Shown: in pieces, positions 38,341 to 45,842 of the stretch
Layout of the letters: every line of letters starts with the position of its first letter
How positions within the stretch are numbered: the stretch's first letter is position 1
DNA from: Eubacteriales bacterium
Lineage (GTDB): Bacteria > Bacillota > Clostridia > Oscillospirales > QAKW01
Assembly (NCBI GenBank): GCA_045593905.1
Contig: JAZNXL010000024.1
Span: forward strand, 14,028 to 78,027
Length of the DNA: 64,000 bases
Reading direction: 5' to 3'
Translations under genes and position numbers: made by a program
The notes under the pieces: generated by a model
Databases searched by the model: none
What the model was told of the DNA's origin: nothing
Seen by the model: only the letters and a program-made list of their open reading frames with translations

Positions 38341-40680
38341 ATGAACATAACAAGACCAAGAGTTAAAGTAAAGGCTCAAAAATGGGCAAGATACAAGCAC
38401 AGTTTAATATCAGCGCTCGGTCCTGACGGCAAGCGTATGACAGGCTGTGACGAACATATCGCGCTTTCGCAAAAAGCGGCAAGCGAGGGCATGGTACTTC
38501 TCGAAAACAACGGTGTTTTACCGCTTAAAAAAGGCACAAAGGTTGCGCTTTTTGGTATGGGTACGCTCGACTATACAAAGGGCGGCGGCGGTAGCGGTGC
38601 CGTTTACTGCAAATATACATATAACATATACGAGGGCTTTAAGTTAAAAGAGCCGTATGTATCGGTTTACGAGCCTGTAACAAAATATTACTACGACTAT
38701 GCAATGGCGCATCTTGACGAATATGCAGGCGAAGGAGATTGTGAACCGCTCATACCAAATATACCGCTCACGACCGATTTGCTCAACGATGCGGCAAGAA
38801 TATGTGACGTTGCTATTATAACAATCAGCCGCACCTCGGCCGAGGGTGCCGACCGTCTTTCAGAAAAAGGTGACTTTTACTTAACTGATGATGAGCAGCA
38901 AACTGTTGATGCTGTTACATCGGTGTTTGATAAATGCGTTGTTATTTTAAACGTTGGCGGTATGGTTGATGTTTCGTGGATAAAGAGTAACGATAAAATC
39001 GGCGCGGCACTTCTTGCATGGCAAGCAGGCCAGAACGGTGCGCTCGCGGCAGCTGACATTATTTGCGGTGACGTTAACCCATCGGGTAAACTTGCCGATA
39101 CCTTTGCAAAAACTTTTGCAGACTATCCATCGGCAGATACCTTTAACGAAAGCGAAGACTATGTTGAATACTTTGAAGATATCTATGTAGGCTACCGCTA
39201 TTTTGAAACTATCCCCGGCGCTAAAGACAAGGTAAACTATCCCTTTGGCTACGGTCTTTCATACACAACCTTTGATATTTCAAAACCGGTTGCAAAACAA
39301 AACGGCGACAGCATTGAGCTTTTTGTAACTGTTACAAACACAGGCGATGTGGCAGGTAAAGAGGTTGTTCAAGGCTACTACTCAGCGCCTCAGGGTGTTC
39401 TCGGTAAGAGCGCAATTGAACTTGGTGCGTTCCAAAAAACAAAGCTTTTAGCACCCGGCGAGAGTGAAGATATTACACTTTCGTTCAAAATTGCTGATAT
39501 GGCAAGCTATGACGACCTTGGCAAGCTTCAAAAATCAGCATATCTTTTAGAAAAAGGTGACTATAAATTCTTCGTTGGTAACAGCTGCCGTAACACACAG
39601 CAGGCTGACTACGTTTACACAGTAACCGAGGAGTTTGTTGTAACAGAGCAGTTATCACAAAAATGCGCTCCCGTTCATATTAAAAAGCGTATGCTCTCTG
39701 ACGGTAGCTTCGAAGCTCTCCCCGAGGGTAGCTTTAAGCACTACAGCCCCGCGCCGTACGTAAACCCTGCAAAACCCGTTGAAAGCGCAACTCCTTTCAC
39801 ACTCGAGGACGTATATAACGGTAAGCTCACACTTGACGAGTTTTTAACACAGTTTACCGATGACGAGCTCATAACTCTTTTGGCAGGAACAGGTGTGCGT
39901 TGGGGTGTTTCAACAACAATGGGTATAGGCGGAATTGACCGACTTGGTGTGCCTGTGCTTATGACAAACGACGGACCTGCGGGCCTTAGGGTGCGCTCTA
40001 CAATAGGCATTGCAACAACTGCTTGGCCGTGCGCAACACTTCTTGCTTGCACCTGGAACACCGATATTATGTACGAAATAGGTAAAGCAGGCGCCATTGA
40101 AGCAAAAGAACAAGGCAACGCTATTTGGCTCACCCCCGGACTTAATATCCATAGAAACCCGCTTTGCGGCCGTAACTTTGAATACTTTAGCGAAGACCCT
40201 GTTGTTGCGGGTAAGTTAGCCGCTGCAAAGGTAAACGGTATTCAAAGCCAAAAGATTGGCGCATCAATCAAGCATTTTTGCTGTAATAATAAAGAGATTA
40301 ACCGTCAGTTCTCTGATAGCCGACTTTCAGAACGTGCACTCAGAGAAATTTACTTAAAGTGCTTTGAAATTGCAGTTAAAGAGTCACAGCCGTTTACTCT
40401 TATGTGTGCATACAACATTGTAAACGGACAAAGATGCTGCGAAAGCTATGAGCTTAACCAGCTTATCCTTCGCGATGAATGGGGCTATGAGGGTATGATA
40501 GAGACTGACTGGTGGACACCCTGTGACCAATCAAGCATTGTACTTGCAGGTTGCGATGTGCGTATGCCAATAGGTGAGCCCGAGGTGGTTAAGTTTGCGT
40601 TAAAAAACAAAAAGCTCACTCGCGGACACCTTGAAAAATGCGCAAAACGAGTACTCGAAATGATGCTTAAGATTGACTGA
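38341..40680 (+). CDS. Glycoside hydrolase family 3 beta-glucosidase-like enzyme, circularly permuted domain order (copy 1)
   Basis: The N-terminal part matches the GH3 alpha/beta-sandwich and FnIII-like domains (LLENNGVLPL, SAEGADR, YPFGYGLSYTTF). The C-terminal part matches the GH3 barrel (NIHRNPLCGRNFEYFSEDP, KHFCCNNKE, ETDWW). Confidence 0.92.
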   Translation: MNITRPRVKVKAQKWARYKHSLISALGPDGKRMTGCDEHIALSQKAASEGMVLLENNGVLPLKKGTKVALFGMGTLDYTKGGGGSGAVYCKYTYNIYEGFKLKEPYVSVYEPVTKYYYDYAMAHLDEYAGEGDCEPLIPNIPLTTDLLNDAARICDVAIITISRTSAEGADRLSEKGDFYLTDDEQQTVDAVTSVFDKCVVILNVGGMVDVSWIKSNDKIGAALLAWQAGQNGALAAADIICGDVNPSGKLADTFAKTFADYPSADTFNESEDYVEYFEDIYVGYRYFETIPGAKDKVNYPFGYGLSYTTFDISKPVAKQNGDSIELFVTVTNTGDVAGKEVVQGYYSAPQGVLGKSAIELGAFQKTKLLAPGESEDITLSFKIADMASYDDLGKLQKSAYLLEKGDYKFFVGNSCRNTQQADYVYTVTEEFVVTEQLSQKCAPVHIKKRMLSDGSFEALPEGSFKHYSPAPYVNPAKPVESATPFTLEDVYNGKLTLDEFLTQFTDDELITLLAGTGVRWGVSTTMGIGGIDRLGVPVLMTNDGPAGLRVRSTIGIATTAWPCATLLACTWNTDIMYEIGKAGAIEAKEQGNAIWLTPGLNIHRNPLCGRNFEYFSEDPVVAGKLAAAKVNGIQSQKIGASIKHFCCNNKEINRQFSDSRLSERALREIYLKCFEIAVKESQPFTLMCAYNIVNGQRCCESYELNQLILRDEWGYEGMIETDWWTPCDQSSIVLAGCDVRMPIGEPEVVKFALKNKKLTRGHLEKCAKRVLEMMLKID

Positions 40681-40717
40681 TTAATTTAAATATATATAAA
40701 GCTAAATGGAGGCAATT

Positions 40718-43057
40718 ATGAACATAACAAGACCAAGAGTAAAAGTAAAAGCTCAAAAATGGGCAAAATACAAATATAACTTAATATCGGCGCTCGGTCC
40801 TGACGGTAAGCGTATGACAAGCTGTGATGAACATATTGCGCTTTCGCAAAAGGCGGCAAGCGAGGGTATGGTACTGCTTGAAAATAACGGTATTTTACCG
40901 CTTAAAAAAGGCACAAAGGTTGCGCTTTTTGGTATGGGTACACTCGACTATACCAAAGGCGGCGGCGGTAGTGGTGCCGTTTACTGTAAATATACATACA
41001 ATTTTTACGAGGGCTTTAAGAAAAAAGAGCCTTACGTCAGCGTTTATGAGCCTGTTACAAAATACTACTATGACTACGCAATGGAGCATCTTGACGAGTA
41101 CGCAGGCGAGCGTAACAACGACCACCTTGTTCCTTGTATTGAACTCCCCGAAAAGCTTTTAAACGATGCCGCAAAAGAGTGCGACGTTGCGGTTATTACA
41201 ATAAGCCGTACCTCACACGAGGGTGCTGACCGTTTTTCAGAAAAAGGCGACTTTTACTTAACTGACGACGAGCAGCAAACTGTTGATGCCGTCACATCGG
41301 TATTCGATAAATGCGTTGTTATTTTAAACGTTGGCGGTATGGTTGACGTTTCGTGGATAAAGAATAACGATAAAATCGGTGCGGCACTTCTTGCATGGCA
41401 AGCAGGCCAAAACGGTGCGCTCGCGGCAGCTGATATTATTTGCGGTGACGTTAACCCGTCAGGTAAGCTTACCGATACATTTGCAAAAACCTTTGACGAT
41501 TATCCGTCAGCTGATACCTTTAACAAAAGCGAAGACTATGTTGAATACTTTGAAGATATTTACGTAGGCTACCGCTATTTTGAAACTATCCCAGGCGCCA
41601 AAGACAAGGTAAACTACCCCTTTGGCTACGGTCTTTCATACACAACCTTTGATATTTCAAAACCTGTGGCAAAACTCGACGGTGACACAATAGAAATTTC
41701 AACAACCGTTAAAAACACAGGCGATATGGCGGGCAAAGAGGTTGTTCAAGCATATTACTCGGCACCGCAGGGTGTACTTGGCAAAAGCGCTATTGAACTT
41801 GGTGCATTCCAAAAAACAAAGCTTTTAGCCCCCGGCGAGAGCGAGGATATTACAGTTTCGTTTAAAGTGGCCGATATGTCAAGCTACGATGACCTCGGCA
41901 AGCTTAAAAAATCAGCATACCTTTTAGAAAAAGGCGATTACAGGTTCTTTGTAGGTAACAACTGCCGTAACTTAATACAGGCTGACTACGTTTACACAGT
42001 GGCTGATGAGTTTATTGTAACCAAGCAGCTTAGCGAACTTTGTCCGCCAATCAACCTTAAAAAGCGTATGCTTGCTGACGGTAGCTTTGAAGCTTTGCCC
42101 GAAGGTAAATTTAAACACTACAAACCCGAACCGTACGTAAACACCGCAAAGCCTGTTGAAAGCGCAACTCCTTTCACACTCGAAGACGTATACAATCAAA
42201 AGCTCACCCTCGACGAGTTTTTAACACAGTTTACCGACGACGAGCTTGTTACAATAGTTACAGGCTGTGGCTCAAACAGAAGCGTTTCAACAACGGCAGG
42301 TATGGGCGGTATCGTAAGACTTGATGTACCAATTATGCCTACAGCCGACGGCCCTGCAGGCGTGCGTATTAGACCTACAGTTGGTATTGAAACAACCGCT
42401 TGGCCGTGTGCAACACTGCTTGCTTGTACCTGGAACACCGACATTATGTATGAAATAGGTAAAGCGGGCGCAATCGAGGCAAAAGAGCAAGGACTTGCAA
42501 TATGGCTTACACCCGCGCTCAATATCCACAGAAACCCGCTTTGCGGACGTAACTTTGAATACTTTAGTGAAGACCCTGTTGTTGCGGGTAAGTTTGCTGC
42601 TGCAAAGGTAAACGGTATTCAAAGCCAAAAAATCGGCGCATCAATCAAACATTTTTGCTGCAACAACAAAGAGGTTAACCGTAAGTTCTCTGATAGCCGT
42701 GTTTCAGAACGCGCTTTACGTGAAATTTACCTCAAGTGCTTTGAAATTACAGTTAAAGAATCTCAGCCCTATACACTAATGAATTCGTACAACATTGTAA
42801 ACGGACAAAGATGCTGCGAAAGCTATGAGCTTAACCAGCTTATCCTTCGCGATGAATGGGGCTATGAGGGTATGATAGAGACTGACTGGTGGACACCCTG
42901 TGACCAATCAAACAATGTTCTTGCAGGTTGCGATGTTCGTATGCCTGTAGGCGACCCCGAGGTGTTAAAGGGCGCACTCCATAACAAAAAGATTACTCGC
43001 GGACACCTTGAAAAATGTGCAAAACGCATACTCGAAATGATGTTAAAGATTGACTAA
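40718..43057 (+). CDS. GH3 beta-glucosidase-like enzyme, permuted (copy 2, tandem paralog)
   Basis: Collinear with copy 1, with long identical nucleotide stretches. ATG at 40718 follows GGAGG. Confidence 0.92.
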   Translation: MNITRPRVKVKAQKWAKYKYNLISALGPDGKRMTSCDEHIALSQKAASEGMVLLENNGILPLKKGTKVALFGMGTLDYTKGGGGSGAVYCKYTYNFYEGFKKKEPYVSVYEPVTKYYYDYAMEHLDEYAGERNNDHLVPCIELPEKLLNDAAKECDVAVITISRTSHEGADRFSEKGDFYLTDDEQQTVDAVTSVFDKCVVILNVGGMVDVSWIKNNDKIGAALLAWQAGQNGALAAADIICGDVNPSGKLTDTFAKTFDDYPSADTFNKSEDYVEYFEDIYVGYRYFETIPGAKDKVNYPFGYGLSYTTFDISKPVAKLDGDTIEISTTVKNTGDMAGKEVVQAYYSAPQGVLGKSAIELGAFQKTKLLAPGESEDITVSFKVADMSSYDDLGKLKKSAYLLEKGDYRFFVGNNCRNLIQADYVYTVADEFIVTKQLSELCPPINLKKRMLADGSFEALPEGKFKHYKPEPYVNTAKPVESATPFTLEDVYNQKLTLDEFLTQFTDDELVTIVTGCGSNRSVSTTAGMGGIVRLDVPIMPTADGPAGVRIRPTVGIETTAWPCATLLACTWNTDIMYEIGKAGAIEAKEQGLAIWLTPALNIHRNPLCGRNFEYFSEDPVVAGKFAAAKVNGIQSQKIGASIKHFCCNNKEVNRKFSDSRVSERALREIYLKCFEITVKESQPYTLMNSYNIVNGQRCCESYELNQLILRDEWGYEGMIETDWWTPCDQSNNVLAGCDVRMPVGDPEVLKGALHNKKITRGHLEKCAKRILEMMLKID

Positions 43058-43091
43058 ATAAAAAATCTCGTAGTTTTTACTACGAGATTTT
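43055..43091 (+). repeat. 37-nt direct repeat, left copy (includes the GH3 stop codon and an intrinsic terminator)
   Basis: TAAATAAAAAATCTCGTAGTTTTTACTACGAGATTTT is identical to 48154-48190. Confidence 0.9.
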
Positions 43092-43175
43092 ATTTTGTGA
43101 AAATTTTTGCCGTTCTAAATAATAACTTCGCTTACGAGAGGTACTTATCGGCACGGGCAACTCGTCTCCTACATA

Positions 43176-43461
43176 TAAATTTAATATATTATTGCAATTT
43201 TTTAAAAAACATGATAAACTGATAATTGCCAAACTAACTGAATACTTGTGTGAAATTGGGTGTATTTTCTTTTTATAAGGATAAATACGCTCTATTTTCG
43301 TAACCTATAATTATTACGAATTTGATAAAAATGCAAATTTCAACGAATGTATGTTGCGAGCGTTTTTACGCCCTTTTCACACTCGGTTAGTTTGGCGACT
43401 ATCGGAGTTTGCGTTTTTTGTGCGGTTGCTTCGGTAGCCGCACTTTTTAATTTTTAGGAGG
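43176..43461 (+). promoter_or_regulatory. Conserved leader copy 1: promoter, about 230-nt structured 5'UTR, terminator, RBS
   Basis: TTGCAA (43192-97), 17 nt, TAAACT (43215-20). Long-range helix 43228-43255 with 43375-43396. Terminator 43420-43448. AGGAGG at 43456. Near-identical to 45549-45834. Confidence 0.65.
43420..43456 (+). terminator. Leader terminator/attenuator hairpin (UUCG loop) directly upstream of the RBS
   Basis: GTGCGGTTGC TTCG GTAGCCGCAC followed by T5AAT5. Confidence 0.7.
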
Positions 43462-43466
43462 AAAAA

Positions 43467-45473
43467 ATGAAAAAACGAATTTTAAGCTTAGTACTTGTTT
43501 TAGTTATGTCGGTATCTTTTGCAGCTACTATGTGTGTTACAGCTAGTGCCTATACATATAATGGAAGCGCTGCCGTTGATTATGCCAATCAGCATTGGAA
43601 TGATGGTGTAGGCAAGTGTGCAACCTTCGTATCTAATTGTTTGGCAGCAGGTGGTTGCAACGCGTGGTCTTCTTTAGTTGTAAATTTAAGAGAACAGTTA
43701 ATTAGTGGCGGTTGGGGAACCGAATATCTTCTTACAGAGAATGGACAATCAATATATGAATATCAAAACTCTGGAAAGCTTTCTGCGGGCGACCCCATAT
43801 TTTTTTATTGTAAAAAATGTAAAACTTTCACACATGTGGTTATTTGCACTGGATTCAATAGCGAGGGAAAAGCAACTGCATCTGGACATAATGCCGCATG
43901 GAATAATGTTACTTACATAGCGGGATTTTGGGACGCTTCAGAGCATAAAGGTGACGATATTTTAGTATATTCATTTCATATTGACGGAGACGATATAAAC
44001 TATCACAACCTTAGTGAAGGTGTATATTTCATATTGAATATGGGTCAAAAAAGATATCTGGCAGTTGACAACGGAATAGATGAGAATGCGCAGAACGTAT
44101 CAGCTCATATATTTTGGAACAGCGACGCTTATAAAATGTCAATTACAAAGGTAGGGGATGCCTATAAAATGCGACCTCTTTGTTCTGCTTCAAGACTAAT
44201 AAATGTGTATGCAGATACAGTTGTGAGTGGAAAAAATGTAAATATTTACAACGAAACTAATCATGCATCGCAGTGGTGGAGATATGAGCTTGTCGGCGAT
44301 TCGTTTATTATAAGAAACGCCCAAAATCCAAGTTGTGTACTTACCGTTGATGGCGAAAATGTAATAGTATCAACATATACAGGCTCCGACTACCAAAAGT
44401 GGCAAATATACGCTCCTCAAGATACAATTGCTTATAATGCAAATGGTGGCACAGGGGCGCCGCCTTCGCAAGTCAAATATCACAATATTGACCTTGTGTT
44501 GACTTCTCAAACTCCTGTTCGCGAGGGCTATACCTTTTTGGGTTGGTCACATAGTCCTACGGCAACACAACCAAGTGCATACCCCAGTGGTGTTTATCAT
44601 AGTTTGACGGGAGCAACTTTGTATGCAGTATGGTCTAAAAATACCGTGCACACTTGTGAATTTTCAAATTATATTTATAACAATGATGCAACTTGTATAA
44701 ACAATGGTACAGAAACAGCTACTTGCAGTTGTGGTAAAACAAATACAAAAGAAAAAGCTAACTCGGCAACTGGTAATCATTATTGGGGAGAATATATATC
44801 AAACAAGAATGCAACCGAAACAGCTGATGGTACAAAAACACGTACTTGCGCGGTTTGTGGTCATAGCGAAACTGCAGTAGACGTTGGTTCAAAACTTCCT
44901 GCAATCAAGGACACAACGGCAATATTTACCGACGTAGCTCAAGATTGGTATACAACCTTTGTTAACTACGCATACACCTACGGCATATTCAAGGGCAACG
45001 AAGACGGCACGTTTAAACCGCTTTCAAATATCACACGTGCTGAATTTGTGCAGGTGCTTGCAAACATTACAGGCGTTGATACCTCAAACAAAGCGGTTGT
45101 AACAAAGTTTAGCGATGTGAGAGCAGGCGATTGGTTTGCACCTGCTGTTAAGTGGGCAAACGATAACGGAATTGTTGCAGGTAAATACGCAAATCAGTTT
45201 GCTCCCGAAGAAAACATAACACGTGAGCAAATGTGCGTTATGATTGTAAACTATGCAAAATACAGGGGAATTACTCTTGCAGTAGTTGAGGCAAAAGAGG
45301 CGTTTGCTGACGATTGGGCAATAAGCTCATGGGCAAAAGATGCAGTTTATGCTTGTCAGATGGCTGACATTGTAAACGGCAAAGGCGAGGGAAGATTTGA
45401 CCCACAAGGCACAGGTCTTAGAGCCGAAGCATCGGTTATATTTACAAAATTCCATCAAAATTATTTAAAATAG
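43467..45473 (+). CDS. Secreted multidomain S-layer-homology protein: papain-like putative amidase, ricin-type lectin, Listeria-Bacteroides repeat, Cys-rich module, 3x SLH
   Basis: Signal peptide ending TASA. Cys/His pair GKCATFVSNCL / FTHVVICTG. QxW-like motifs SQWW and YQKW. NANGGTGAPP...YTFLGWS. Three SLH repeats at the C-terminus (FTDVAQDWY.., FSDVRAGDWF.., FADDWAISSW..). Confidence 0.85.
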   Translation: MKKRILSLVLVLVMSVSFAATMCVTASAYTYNGSAAVDYANQHWNDGVGKCATFVSNCLAAGGCNAWSSLVVNLREQLISGGWGTEYLLTENGQSIYEYQNSGKLSAGDPIFFYCKKCKTFTHVVICTGFNSEGKATASGHNAAWNNVTYIAGFWDASEHKGDDILVYSFHIDGDDINYHNLSEGVYFILNMGQKRYLAVDNGIDENAQNVSAHIFWNSDAYKMSITKVGDAYKMRPLCSASRLINVYADTVVSGKNVNIYNETNHASQWWRYELVGDSFIIRNAQNPSCVLTVDGENVIVSTYTGSDYQKWQIYAPQDTIAYNANGGTGAPPSQVKYHNIDLVLTSQTPVREGYTFLGWSHSPTATQPSAYPSGVYHSLTGATLYAVWSKNTVHTCEFSNYIYNNDATCINNGTETATCSCGKTNTKEKANSATGNHYWGEYISNKNATETADGTKTRTCAVCGHSETAVDVGSKLPAIKDTTAIFTDVAQDWYTTFVNYAYTYGIFKGNEDGTFKPLSNITRAEFVQVLANITGVDTSNKAVVTKFSDVRAGDWFAPAVKWANDNGIVAGKYANQFAPEENITREQMCVMIVNYAKYRGITLAVVEAKEAFADDWAISSWAKDAVYACQMADIVNGKGEGRFDPQGTGLRAEASVIFTKFHQNYLK

Positions 45474-45475
45474 AA

Positions 45476-45505
45476 TAAAAAAACACCCGTAAAGGTGTTT
45501 TTTTA
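45476..45505 (+). terminator. Intrinsic terminator after the SLH gene
   Basis: A-run, ACACC CGTAAA GGTGT, T7. Confidence 0.7.
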
Positions 45506-45548
45506 TGCTTCGCTTTGCCTACCTTGCCTATAGAGGCAAGGGTACGGT

Positions 45549-45834
45549 TAAATTTAAATTATCATTGCAATTTTTAATAAAACGTGGTAAACTGATATTT
45601 GCCAAACTAACTGAATACTTGTGTGAAATTGGGTGTATTTTCTTTTTATAAGGATAAATACGCTCTGTTTTCGCAACCTATAATTATTACGAATTTGATA
45701 AAAATGCAAATTCCAGCGATTGTAGGTTGCGAGCGTTTTTACGCCCCATTTCACACTCGGTTAGTTTGGCGACTATCGGAGTTTGCGTTTTTTGTGCGGT
45801 TACTTCGGTAGCCGCACTTTTTAATTTTGGGAGG
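45549..45834 (+). promoter_or_regulatory. Conserved leader copy 2
   Basis: TTGCAA (45565-70), 17 nt, TAAACT (45588-93, with TG extension). Helix 45601-45628 with 45749-45770. Terminator 45794-45822. GGGAGG at 45829. Confidence 0.65.
45794..45828 (+). terminator. Leader terminator/attenuator hairpin, copy 2
   Basis: GTGCGGTTAC TTCG GTAGCCGCAC followed by T5AAT4. The G-to-A change turns a G.U pair into an A-U pair. Confidence 0.7.
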
Positions 45835-45842
45835 ATGATTAA

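Noticed and set aside
39741-40133. Long antisense ORFs inside both GH3 genes (39741-40133 and 42196-42522) that look conserved between the copies.
   Set aside because: Their conservation simply mirrors the gene duplication. They lie antisense to strongly supported GH3 coding sequence and have no RBS.
43228-43396. Duplicated leader interpreted as a MITE, with terminal inverted repeats GCCAAACTAACTGA.. / ..TCGGTTAGTTTGGC.
   Set aside because: Similarity extends well beyond the inverted repeats on both sides, covering the promoter upstream and the terminator plus RBS downstream. Both copies sit at the same distance from a start codon, and there is no target-site duplication. This cannot be fully excluded without a genome-wide copy count.
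43176-43461. Match of the leader to known riboswitch or leader classes often found before cell-wall or surface genes (ydaO/c-di-AMP, c-di-GMP-I/II, T-box).
   Set aside because: I could not find the conserved cores by eye, for example the T-box AGGGTGGTACCGCG-like sequence or the G-rich pseudo-symmetric ydaO junctions. The element is very AT-rich. This needs an Rfam scan to be certain.
45623-45811. 62-aa ORF inside leader copy 2, and a 19-aa ORF at the equivalent place in copy 1 (43331-43390), considered as a possible leader peptide.
   Set aside because: The two copies are near-identical at the DNA level, but an indel (GCCC-TTTT versus GCCCCATTT) changes the frame and the stop position. There is no RBS. 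The substitutions fit RNA pairing rather than codon conservation.
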